Source: Camelus ferus (taxonomy: Eukaryota). Taken from it: a stretch of 60,000 nt of DNA. Position 1 is the stretch's first letter. Every line of letters begins with the position of its first letter. The stretch covers positions 103,046,001-103,106,000 of the forward strand of contig NC_045697.1 of assembly GCF_009834535.1 (NCBI RefSeq), given 5' to 3'. Positions 28,835 through 41,520 of this stretch are shown here, in pieces. A program made the position numbers and the translations under genes. A model generated the notes under the pieces. The model was not told the origin of the DNA. It saw nothing but the letters and a program-made list of their open reading frames with translations, and ran no database searches.

Positions 28835-28985
28835 AATTTTTTTATTTTACTTAATTTTTTTTGCAGGGAGGAGGTAATTAGGTTTATTTATTTATTTGAC
28901 TTTTCAGTAGAGGTGCTGGGGATGGAACCCAGGACCTCAGGTATGCTAGGCATGTGCTCTACCACTGAGCTGTACCCTCCTCCCC
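28835..28985 (-). mobile_element. Vic-1-like SINE, antisense in SMAD1 intron
   Basis: Reverse complement has A/B boxes and aaataaataaacctaattacctcc tail; TSD atatttttaa/atattttttaa. Confidence 0.9.
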
Positions 28986-29467
28986 ATATTTTTTAAGTTC
29001 TTAAAAGTTGATGATGAACTCAAAGAACCTTCCTTTGACGTGCAGTGTAATGAATTGGAATGCATACCTTTTTAATCTGTAAACATTTTTTATGTCTTTT
29101 TTACTGGCTCTGTATTTTATGGTTCCTGAATATTCTCTAGAACATTCTCTCCAACATAGAAATTATGAGCCAACAGATAAAGATGCTGGTTGCAGAAAAT
29201 AACTCCTGTCTCACACATCTTTGAAATTTGCATTTGGGGAACAGGCTAGCAGGACAGAATGGGCTAACCAGCTATGAGCATGTGGATCTGTAGCCGTGGT
29301 CGTTAGGCCTAAAATGTCTGATTTCAGGAAATAGACCTTTAAATTGCTTTAAATTTTTTCCTTTAAAAGGCTTAAAAATTTTTGCCCACCAGAATAAGTT
29401 TACAGTTAATATTTTCATGAGTCAGGGCTATTGGCCTTGTTGTTGTATTTTGGCAGTTTTCCTGGAG

Positions 29468-29671
29468 CAGGGGTCAGCAGACTGCAGCCCACCAGCTACT
29501 TCAGCCTGTTTTTGTAAATAAAGCTTTATTGGAACGCAGCTCTGTTCATTCATGACAGATTATCTGTAGCTGCTTTAGCACGGCCAGGGCACAGCTGAGT
29601 AGCTGCAGTCGAGACCGTATGTCCCACAAGACCTTTGTGGCCTTTTACAGAAAAAAAATTATCAGCCTCTG
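29468..29671 (+). mobile_element. MER58A-like DNA transposon
   Basis: caggggtcagcagact...gcctgtttttgtaaataaagctttattggaac...ttttacagaaaaa..cagcctctg. Confidence 0.85.
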
Positions 29672-30015
29672 ACCTAGATGAATAGTACTGTGAACAGTCC
29701 TAATAGCTGATTAAAGCCTTCTGTTAATGATGGCACAGCCTTCTTTAAGATTTGGCACTTGTAAATCACTAAAAAAATCTGCTCTTTGAAATACAGCTAA
29801 TGGACATGGGATGATGCTTAGCAAACAGGGAAGGTGGTATATGTTTTCAGCTCACTTGCATAAGTGTAAAAAAAACTAATGTGTGAATTTTTTAAATGAT
29901 CATTTTTTTTACCGAATTCTAAAGCACAGTGCAGCTTACTATTTGTGGCGGTTGATGTTAAGAGCACAGAGGTAATTCTCCCTTAACAGTTACAGTTCAT
30001 GCTTGCATCCTGGAT

Positions 30016-30022
30016 TTTCTTT

Positions 30023-30080
<58 letters not shown>

Positions 30081-30198
30081 TTTCTTCCTTTCTTCCTTTC
30101 TTGCTTTCTTCCTTTCTTCCTTTCTTCCTTTCTTCCTTTCTTCCTTCCTTTCTTCCTTTCTTCCTTTCTTCCTTTTCTTTCTTTTTTTTTTCTTTTTT
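30016..30198 (+). repeat. Compound pyrimidine microsatellite (TTTC)n/(CTTCCTTT)n/T-rich
   Basis: About 180 bp of C/T with a single G. Confidence 0.97.
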
Positions 30199-31107
30199 AC
30201 AATTGTACACTCCAGGCTTCGTAAACCTCAGATCATTACATATTGGCATCCCGGATATGTATGGTTTGTATTCCTGGAATCTCTAAAGCAGTGGTATAAG
30301 AGGTTTTACTCCAGAAGGAACTTATCTTTAGAACCTTTTAGCTGCAAATGTTTAGAGGCCTGTTCTATTTGGAGATTTGTTAGTCTTAAGAGATTTGACT
30401 TAACAAGCTGCATCCTGTCAGTAAAGTTGGGTAATTTCCATTGTTGGCCCATTCTGGGAATGGAGAGACAAAACACACCTGCTCTACAGGACTTAAAGCA
30501 AATATAAGGAAGTTAGCATGAAATCTGGATGAGAGAGATATGATTCATTCTGTAAGAATGGCCAGCTGGCAGGATTTCTTCCTGAGTTTGAGGACCCGGA
30601 GCAAGGCTGTGGCTGTGATGGTTATTGGAACCTGACGTGAAGTAAAGTAACTTCTTATTAATAATTAGAAACTGATTTTCTTTGCTTTGAAAAGGCATCG
30701 GCATCCTAAGGCTTGTCCCAAGTTACCCTTTTTGTGCCAGCACCTTTGGCATACTTCCTGTCGTCTGTTGTTCTCTCCCCACTGGTTTTTTCACTTGCCA
30801 CTTGCTGCATTTCTCTAGATGGCGAGCCAGGGTCAGCGGTGGGGTCATTTCCACGTCGGCACATAACAGAGCAAGCAGCACGTTGTGAGCGTTCAGCAGG
30901 TGCTGCCGGCGTGCTGGCTGAGCTGGCGCCTTGGTGCTCTGATAGTCGTTGGAGAAAAGGATTTTCCAGTTAGAGGGGAATGTCACACTCAGTGGGGAGT
31001 ACCTGCTTTCAAGATCCCAAACTGCACACCCGATGAGAGCAGTTTGCTCTTCCCCATCTTCATTCCATGACCCTGAGCCAGCTTTACGACACAGTTTCAG
31101 TTCTTGA

Positions 31108-31494
<387 letters not shown>

Positions 31495-31699
31495 TAAATA
31501 AGTTTTCAATTGCATTATCAGGATGGACTTCATTTCCCAACCAGCGATTTTTGTGGTCTGCTTCCTCATGAAAATTGATACTTATTAGCTGAAATAGTGA
31601 CTTGCTACTCGGGGGCACTGTTCTAGCGTATGTTTTACTGCAGGATGAAATAGCTGGTAAAAATTTCTTTACAACCTCGAACTAGAAGCAAATTAAAAC

Positions 31700-33560
31700 A
31701 AGTAAACCTAATGTATTTCAAATGAGTACCATAACTCACTGGAGAAAAAAAAGGGAACTAATCCAAAATAACTTATAAATATGGTATTTGGCCTATATAT
31801 TCTCAGTCTGGGCCAGGTAAGGTAGAGTGACCGCAAACAAATCCTGAACGCTTTTTAGTAGACTTGATTATTTAGTGGCCGTTTGAATGAAACAGTTATG
31901 AAACTTTAAGGTGTATTATAAGATTAAGCAAATGACTAACTGTGTGGGTGTTGTGGGAACTGGGGTTTTCACTGTGGATTAAGAGACGCACGAGTGTGGA
32001 GGACGGTAACACATAAACCCTGTGGAGGTATCGGCGTGAAACCATGCTTTTAGCAGTATGTGTATGTATGTGTATATGCATGTTTCTGTTCTCCTGTACA
32101 CGTGTGTGTGTGTGTGTGTGTGTATGAGTACACATGGAGACGCGTCTGTACATGCATATGGTTTCTGATCTGTCTGCTGAAAGGGCCAAGAGGCAAAGAT
32201 ACCCGGTAGCAATAAGCACATCTAGTGCTCAGATCATCATCTCTTACCACCATTTCCCACTGAGAGGAACCAGGGCTTCTGGAGAAAGGACTGACTCCAA
32301 GGCCGGGACAGGCAGGCACAGGATGAGCATGAAGCCTTTTGTTATGTCCAAAAGTAAACAGGTACTTGCACACGTGCGGGAGGCATGCCACAGGGGCCAC
32401 CTCGGAGGGACTTCCACTGGCCAGCTGTGGGGGGTTTGAGCACCAAAGTGATTAAATAGTCATGAATTTAAACCACTGGGAAACAACAGTAATTCATAAG
32501 GCCACGCATGACCATAAGAAATAAAGAAATGGATGAGGCAGGCGGACTGGTGAATGTGGACTGAGTGGTCAAATTGGAAGGCCCCCGTTGTGCAGCCATC
32601 AGGCAGGAACATCAGTGGATGCTAAATATTGAGAGAAGTTTTTAGGAGAACAGATACTTGTGTGGTCTTCAAGTGTCTCCTCAGACTACCTATTACTTTC
32701 AAGGGAGAATAAAAATCAGTCATTATATAGTGAAGAAATTGGACAACAGTGTGACTGGGAGAGTGAAATGGTCATCCCGAATGAGAGGCAGATGGATACC
32801 ATACACCTCCAGCCGTGGGGCCGGAGAAGGACGTAGCACCACCTGCAGAATCCCACTGGAGGATGCAAGTCTGACGCTAACCACGGGGTGACTTCACACA
32901 CACCCCAGATGAGGAACATTCTGTTTAAAAGGGTGAGGAGGAACTGTGTTCTTCCAGAATTTCGGTGTCAGAAGACAAAGGTATGAGAATGTTCCAAATA
33001 AAAAGAAGCTACAGAGAGGTGACTGCTCCGTGTAATAACCTGAACCCGGACGTGACCCCGTACCAGACAGGGAAAGAGTATTATGAAGAACCTTTCGGGG
33101 GTGAGCAGACAAAATCAGAATATGAGTGGTTGATAAGATAAAAGTATTTTGTTAGCACTCCGTGCACTAGCGTTGCTAACTGTGCTGTGTCTTATAAGAG
33201 AACATCTGTCTTCTTAGGAAATACACACTTAAGTATTTAGGGGTAAAGGGTCATGATGAAATGGTTCAGGAAGACATCATATATATATATATATATATTT
33301 CTATTTAGATACATACAGATATAGATATCTCTCCATCTAAAACAGTCCTGTGTCAGAATATGTCCACATATGTAAGTGTATGTGTGTACACAAGGGTGTC
33401 TGTGGAAGAGTTGTGGGGGAGGCGCCAATGTTGAGTGAACTGTCACAATGGGTGAATCCAGATAATGGGTATATGGGTGTTCTTTGTTCTGTTTTTCTCT
33501 GTGGCTTGTTCTGTTTCCATAAACTTGAAATTATTCCCAGAGTGAAAGTTTTTTAGATGA
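31700..33560 (+). mobile_element. Old L1 (L1MC/L1MD-type) long 3'UTR
   Basis: gctgaaagggccaagaggcaaagatacc...agcacatctagtgctcagatc...aggaaccagggctt...cttaggaaatacacacttaagtatttaggggtaaaggg. Confidence 0.7.
32102..32123 (+). repeat. (GT)11 microsatellite
   Basis: Read directly. Confidence 0.95.
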
Positions 33561-33604
33561 CCTGCTATGAAATTTGGAACAGTGGACCAAATTAAAAGGT
33601 TATT

Positions 33605-33684
33605 AAGGGTTCACTCCCCAGTACTGCCATTAAAATAAATAAGTAAATAAACCTAAATTACCTCCACCCTAAACAACAACAAAA
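33605..33684 (+). mobile_element. 5'-truncated Vic-1-like SINE
   Basis: Starts at the B box (gggttcactcccca); TSD aaaaggttatt 33594-33604 and 33685-33695. Confidence 0.85.
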
Positions 33685-33699
33685 AAAAGGTTATTGAAT

Positions 33700-35890
33700 A
33701 GAAGCTTAAAAGACATTGGAGATGAAGTGTAACATTTAATCCTGGAAACAAAAGCAAAAACAAAAAACAAGTCCTCTTTAAACAGGAATGGATAGTTCCT
33801 TAGTATGAGTGAGGAAAAAGAAAAACCTAAACTACACATTTAATGATGAAATGCTAGAACTTATGTTCATCTCCTATAGATCTCTTTCCCTGGTCTGTAA
33901 ACCCCTGAAACCGTATGTAAACCCAGTTTGGCATACATTTGGGACAAAGGGACATATTTTTCATTAAGTTGACCACTACCCCGGAGTAGTAAAAAGCCCC
34001 TGTGCTCTGGAACATTCCTATTAACAATCAGGAAGAAAGTAAGTGTTCTGGGAATGCTGTTATTTAAGATTGTTCCAGATCCCTTGACTTGTGCACTCAG
34101 ATGGAGAATTACAGATTACGGAAATGAGCCAAAATTGTCATTATATGTAGATGATATGATTAACTAATTGATAATATTCTTGGGATAGACTCTTGAAGTG
34201 AAATTAGAAAGTCAAAAGCTCTTGATGTATTTTGCCAAATTATTTTCTAGAGAGCTTTGATTAATTTCCACTCATACCAGAAGTCTGTGAGTGTCCTTCC
34301 TCCTTTAGTCCTTCAGAATTACTTATGGTCATTGTGTCTCTTCAAGTGATATGATTGTTTATCTAGAAACTGCTAAAGCATCTTATGTTTAGAAATTACA
34401 TGTCAGTTTTCTTTAATCTGACAATAACCCGTCAAAAAATATAATGGAGAGGAAAATCACATCCCCAGTAGCATCAGAATACATAAAGTTCTTGGAAATA
34501 ATCTGAAGCAGCAGTATATGAGAACTATGTAACTGAGAGAGAAAGAAAATCTGAATTAAAAAAAACAGGCAATCTGTGTTCCTTAAGAAGTCCTAATATT
34601 GTGAGAACATTTTAAGGATATTAATTCTTCCTAATTTAATACATAGTTTAAAACAATCCATGTCAGAATCACAATGTAATATTTTTTGAAAGTTGGAAAA
34701 TGTATTGTGAATATTACCTGGAAGGATAAACAAGTGAAAATAGCTAATTTTTTAAATGGAATAGTAAAGAAAAGAATTCTTGATGTGAGGATTAATCAAA
34801 GATTATGCAACCACAATTAAATTGGTGTGCACACAAAACAATAGAATAAATTAAACTCAGACTGTATACTGTATTTAAAATTTTAACGTATGTAAATAAA
34901 GCATAATTGGTAGTCTTCTAATGGTCCTACAGTAACAAAGTTAGCTTTTGGGGGAGGCTGGGGGGTCGAAAACCTGACCTAATTCATCCCATATATGCAA
35001 ATGGATTAATGAGCTGAATTTTTTTAGGGCAAGCTATTAAAAAATTAGAAGGAAATATATTGATCAGAGAGGCAGAAATATTCTAAGCATTGAAAGCAAC
35101 AAAAAAAATGACAGACTTGTCTACTTAAGATTTAAGTGTCATCCCCAAGGTTAAAAAATATATATATACCAGGAACAAAATTAAAAGACAAAAGACTAAC
35201 AGGGAAACAAATAAGAAATAAATTATTTCTATCTTTCTTATATGTGCAGCTCATAAAAAAATAATAAACACTAGAACCTCAGTAAATAGGGTAAATAGGT
35301 AAGAAATATGAACAGTAAATCCATAAGAGAAACACAGATGGCTAGTAAACAGAGGAGAGCATTTCCAGGCTCACGTACAAATTAAAACAATATTGTTTTC
35401 CAGCTATAAATTAGAGAAATTTTGTTGTTTTAAACTCAGACTCGATACTGGCACGGGAAATGAGAAAGGCACTCAGCCGCTGCTGGAGAGAGTGTAAATT
35501 GATACAAGCACTCCGGACAGTCGTTTGGCAAAGTGAATCAAGAGCCTTCGATCAAATAATTTAACTTCCAGGAATTTCTCCTAAGGATATTATCAAAAAT
35601 TATGCAGAGACATTGATCACGGCATTGTTATAATTGCAGAAAATTAGCATCAACAGGGTGGACCAGTAATGGGAGAATCCTTTAAATAAGTTGTTGGATT
35701 TATGCAGTCATGCAGGTGTGTTAAATGTTTGCAGAGGAAGTTTAATGATACTCAGAACTGAATGAGACATGTCCTAACAGCTATTGCCTCTGGGTCACTA
35801 CAGGAGTGATAATATTTTCTCTTCTTTACATTTTGTTTCACTTTCTAAATTTTCTAAAATGAAAATTCCTCATTTTTATAATCAGAAAAA
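33700..35890 (+). mobile_element. Highly decayed L1 ORF2/3' remnant
   Basis: A-rich; tgtcattatatgtagatgatatgat (RT FADD-like), aaaggcactca...gctggagagagtgtaaattgataca (Cys-rich-like). Confidence 0.65.
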
Positions 35891-36800
35891 AGTAAAACAC
35901 ACACAAACACACTGTTAAGTTGTTTTCTCTACGTCAGACAGAAAAGTGGGCTTTCTGCTCCACCAGCTACTCCATTGTTAACAGAAGCCTTAGCCATTGT
36001 GTGTAATATAAACCCTACACGCAGTGTTTCGGATGGGATAACAGTCTTAGCATTGACTGAGCCAGAGTTACCTGCACAGTTGATCGTTGAAAGCCACATG
36101 GGATGTGACTGTTTGCTGGGTGGCCTCTAATCTTGTGGGGCTTTGTCAGCATGGTCTTTTCCCCTTTCTGTCTGTCTTTCTTTTTCTTTCTTTCTTTTTT
36201 TTTTTAAAGGCTGGTTAAGATCAATTTCCTACTCTCCTGGCACTCTCGATCTCACAGGAAGGAGTCTGGAGCAGATAGTTCAGTAAGATCAGATTCCACA
36301 CAGTATGAATTATTTTTCTAGGTTTCTTTCCCCTGGACCTTACATCTTCCAGCTCTCAGCAGTACTTCCTCCCCCTGTGGTTTTCTGGTTCTTTAGCTTC
36401 TCTCAGTTCTCCCTCCCCGCACCCTAAAAATCTTCAAACACCTTAGCTACAAAATAAATGCAAGAGAGCTTATGTGATGAGTGTGTGTAGGTCCTGATAA
36501 TCAGGTCTAGTTTCATCGTGCCGTGGTTTTAAAGTGAGAACATGCTCTCAGTCCATGGCCACGTGGGGCGCGAAACGCTTTTCAAAATGAAATTGCCGCG
36601 CTCCGTTACTGACCTCGCTGTGTTATTTCCTAGAAAACGCCTAGACTTGCATGTTCACATACAGGCATTGTATCACCTGCTGCAGTTGACTGAGATGTAT
36701 CACCTGTGCAAGACTTGGAGAACGTCTTTATCTCATCCACCAAAGTTTAAATCCATGTAAATGTATATTCCGAGGCTACGCTGATGCTTTTCAGCTGTAA

Positions 36801-37109
<309 letters not shown>

Positions 37110-39540
37110 TGAGTCCTCCCATCAGGGTTTAAGGCACCCCTGCGTTACATGTAAATCTGTGTCCTCTTGATATGTGTCCACAGAAGCCAGCTTATTATCT
37201 AGGCATTTTTAAACTTTAACAAGGGTGTCAGCTATTAGGAAACTATCACTGGAATGTACGAGTGCTTGTGTTAAATGTCAGGCTTTACTAACTTTTCCTT
37301 ATGCAAATGGCACTATTTTAGCTATTGTAATACTGTTAGTTAGAATGTCGTGTTATGTATGTAACATATAATTTAAATGCCTGGTTGTCTTATGAGATCA
37401 GCTCGATAAACTCACACCCCTCTTTTTTTTTTTTTTTTTTTTTTCATTTTGTGTTTTTAGTACTTTTACGCTAGTAACACTTGTTGCTTTTGTTTCAGCA
37501 GTAAGCAAGTGATCTTTTCTGTGAAAATAAAAGTGCATCACCCTGGGATTTATTTTTGACTGGTCAGTTTTTTTTTTGGTGGTTCCAGTAAAGCTTGTGA
37601 TGGTCTGATAATTCGAGGGTTAATAAGGCTCCTGCCTGAGCGCTCAGATCATGTTGTGAGCTTTGAGATGCCATGGAAATGTAAAAAAATTTAAATATCT
37701 AATTAAATGTATGAGTCAGTAACTTATTCTAGTGGCTGACTGACTTGTCTCTGAATCCTCAAAGATAAATTTTCCTCCTCTGTGACCCTGAGAAACAAAA
37801 CTAATTATATATTCGGGTGAGGCAATCTTTTATGTCCTGTCTTCAGAAGCTCACCAAACTTGTTAAACCCGTTCTGTGATGCATTTGTTACAGAGGGTAA
37901 TTTTGGAACTTCACTTTGTTAATCATCCTTTACAGCAAAGATATCTTTCCCTGAGTATCATTTCTTCCCTACTTATTTGAGTCATAGTAGCAGATTTTCA
38001 GTGTGTTCTTTTAGTGTTTGTTTCCTTGAAACATGATTTAACAGATCCATATAGTCTAGTGTGGTACCTTTTTAGTGTTGAAAGAGGTTTTTTGGTTTTT
38101 TTTTTTAACCTTTTAAAGAGGTTTACCTATATGCTGTGTACCTGTGAGACTACAAAGAGCTTTCTCATCTGTTATTAACGTGCACTGTTTATTTTTTGAC
38201 TTAGCATTTTGACTAAGATGAATTTTAAAATGAGGACAGTGACTTGCCAGTGTTGGTTTTTTGGTTGTTTTTTTTTTTTTTTGCCAGTGTTGTTGTTTTG
38301 TTTGTTGTTTTTACTGATTTGGAGAAAGGAAGAATTTAGGAGAATTTATGACTCTGATGCTTCAACTGGCTTTCTCCTCAAACTCATTTCTTATCGATTA
38401 CTCAGTCTACTTTAATGATTTTACTTTTACACATTTTTAATTATTTACTTTTACACAAGTAAAAACAACCTTTACGTTGATAAAAAGTTTATAATGCAAA
38501 ATACACATTAAAAATGTATTAGAGGTTTCATTCATTCAGCAAACATTTTTAGCCCTATTCCAAAGAATTAACATGAAGATGAAAAAGCCCCTCAAGTCTC
38601 TAGCTTCAAGATGCTTATGGCCTGGTCTGTGTTTAATAATGAAGTGGTAAGTAGTGAAATGAAGGGTAACACAAGCTGTGATGGGTATACCTGGAAAGTT
38701 GAATTTGGAGAGTTAAACAAACATCTTATTTTTATTTTAATAACTCCTTATTTAACTCCTGCTGACATGATGAAGGGCAGCTATTCATTATATGTTGGCA
38801 ACAAAAGATTTGTGCATGGTACAGTAGTGTTCTTTATTATCACAAGGACTGCACACTTTGCCCTCTCATACTTAATCTCTTAGAGAAAGGATTTAGAAAA
38901 TTGTACTAATATTAATAGCCAGTTTTGTACTATTTTTTAAAGATGATCAATTTGAGACTTTAATATAAACATGCATTTGATAAATTATTTGCACAGTAAA
39001 CTCCCCATATCTGAAAAATGTGTAAGTCATTTCAGCTGAACAAGTTTTTCTGGAGTTTCTGCTTTGTGCCGATCACTGTGCCAGATATTTGAGATCAAAG
39101 ATAAGTAAGATCTGGTCCCCGCCTCCAAAGAACTTACTGTCTAATGCGGGGAACATGCACATAAACAAACCTTTTAATTAAACTTAGCAGGTTGTTGATA
39201 ATATGTACAAATGAATGGATGTTTATACATAAGCAGTTCATGTATCACAGCTTTCTCCTGAAAGTTCTGATATTCAGATACATTTCTTGAAATTCCTGAA
39301 AATAAGTAGTTAGCAGAGATAAATGGTACCCAACCTTCTCTGACATCTCTCATGAAACAGTTATTTATCAGAACCTCATTTTCCATCGTCCACCACACCA
39401 ATGAGGTTTTGATGTTTGCAATGGCAAAATTAGTTTTTTTGCCTAAGGACTTTCTTCTGTCAACTTCCATGTCCTAATTCAGTCATTCTGAAGATGTCTG
39501 GCAAGCTACCTTCTTGTACAAAAGAATAATGGAATCTATT

Positions 39541-39672
39541 GGGGGGAGGGTATAGCTCAAGTGGTAGAGCGCATGCTTAGCATGCACGAGGTCCTGGGTT
39601 TAATTCCCCAGTATCTCCTCCAACAATAAATAAATAAACCTAATTCCCCCCGCCTCCAAAAAAAAAAAAAAC
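39541..39672 (+). mobile_element. Vic-1-like SINE, full length
   Basis: ggggggagggtatagctcaagtggtagagcgcatgcttagcatgcacgaggtcctggg..., CpGs retained, AATAAA-rich tail, TSD-like aatctatt/aatttatt. Confidence 0.92.
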
Positions 39673-40136
39673 AATTTATTGATTCAAGGCAATGGTTAGT
39701 TATTACTAATTGATTTTTGGATATGTATGTGCTTCAGTGGCAAAATAGGAGGAAATAGAATGTCAGTTCATCTACCATGCCTTTTTCCGTATTTTCTTGA
39801 TGATAAAATGAGAATTTAACAGTATCTATTACAATATCAGTAACATAATGGGCAAGGAAAATGAAAGAAAATATCTTTATTAAGACAGTCTGATAATGTA
39901 TTTTAAACCTTTCACTCCCCAAGACCAGTACCTCTTAATCTGGAATCTACGTGTGGACTTTGGGGAGCTGTGGAATTGCCTACCGAGTCATGTGTGTGCG
40001 TTGATGCACACAAAGCAGTTGTTTTGTGGAGAGAACCCTGTCTTTAATCGGAATGTCTGATTATGTGAACTCTTTTTGCTCCCTAAGTTTAAGCACTGAC
40101 TTAAGCAAGTTAAATGACCTCCAGTGTTGTTTCTAG

Positions 40137-40280
<144 letters not shown>

Positions 40281-40325
40281 ACGGCCTCGGGCTTCTGCCT
40301 CTTGAAAACTATTGAGCCTTGCATG

Positions 40326-40389
40326 TACTTGAAGGATGGATGAGTCAGACACCTTCGAGAACTGACAACGGAGCCTTGATCATACTTGA
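40326..40389 (+). promoter_or_regulatory. Two miR-26 seed sites in the 3'UTR
   Basis: TACTTGAA (8mer) 40326-40333 and TACTTGA (7mer-m8) 40383-40389, complementary to seed UCAAGUA. miR-26a is an established SMAD1 regulator. Confidence 0.75.
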
Positions 40390-40463
40390 CCTCTGCGACC
40401 AACTGTTGGATTCAGAAATTTTAAAAGCTTGGTAACGTACTGTTGATATCGAGAACCTGTTTA

Positions 40464-41230
40464 GTTTACATTGTAACGTTCTGTTGTAAAGTCAACTAAA
40501 ACGCATACTTTTCGCAGGACTTTGCATATAGTTAAAGGAGAGATGGCCAAGCCAGCGACAAATCATCTATTGGAAAAACGGTCCTAAGAGATTCTTTTGT
40601 GTTTGGCACTTTAAGGTCATCGTGTGGCAGAAGTTTAGCATTAATAGTCTTGCTGACGTGTGTTTTTATCAGGTTTAGAGCCCGTGTGGAGTCTTCTCTT
40701 CATGGGTTTTCATAATATTTTAAAACTGTTTGTTTAGTAATGGTTTTTGTTTGTTTGTTTTTTAAGTAAAGGTTAATCTTGATGATATACATAGTAACCT
40801 TCCTAAAATTGTATGCTGACCATACTGCTGTCAGAATAATGTTAGGCATATGCTCTTTGCTAAATATATATGTACAGAATATTTGGAAGTTAGGAATTGA
40901 TTAGACTAGTGGATTTAGGAGTATTGGAGGGGGTGGGGGGAGTGGGAAATGACAAATGTAGAATATACTGTAAAATTCAGTTTGTTGCTTTAAAGAAACA
41001 AACTGATGTCTGAATTTTGCTGTGTTTCAATTTTTTAGAGATTTTATCCTACTTTTTTTTTGCATCTTCTATCGCATCCTCTCCAAAAAAACAGTTATGC
41101 AGCTGGTTAATTCATGTAACTGTGAGAGCAAATGAATAATTCCTGCTATTCTGAAATTGACTTCCTGTACGTTTCAATACCAATTGTATGGAGTGCTTGA
41201 ATTTAATAAGCAATTTTTATGGAGTTTACA
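40464..41230 (+). promoter_or_regulatory. miR-30, miR-17-family and miR-155 seed sites in the 3'UTR
   Basis: GTTTACA 40464-40470 and 41224-41230 (miR-30, 7mer-A1); GCACTTTA 40606-40613 (miR-17/20/106, 8mer); AGCATTAA 40637-40644 (miR-155, 8mer). Confidence 0.6.
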
Positions 41231-41465
41231 ATACAGATATAGGCTTTAATTTTCAAGTGAATTGTTTGCCAAACCTAGTAACTCTGTTAAATATCTGGAG
41301 GATTTAAAGAACATCCCTGTTTAAATCCATTTCAAACTTTTTAAATTTTTTTGTACTATGCTTGGTTTTATTTTTCTTCTGCTAATCTTTTATATTCACT
41401 TAACGCTCTCGTACATCAAGTACTTTTATTCCAAAACTAGTGGGTTTTCTCTACTGGAAGTTTTA

Positions 41466-41520
41466 AATAAACCTGTCGTTATTGCTTACTTTGATTAAAA
41501 ATTTGTTGTTTCCTTTATTC
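41466..41520 (+). terminator. SMAD1 polyadenylation signal region
   Basis: AATAAA 41466-41471, ATTAAA 41494-41499, then U/GU-rich tttgttgtttcctttatt. Confidence 0.8.

Larger units (their letters stand above)
40281..41495 (+). other. SMAD1: SMAD1 3'UTR (end approximate)
   Basis: Repeat-free AT-rich sequence between the stop codon and the poly(A) signal, with several miRNA seed matches. Confidence 0.85.

Noticed and set aside
29983..30286. K/E/R-rich and F/S/L-rich ORFs
   Set aside because: They are translations of the (TTTC)n microsatellite.
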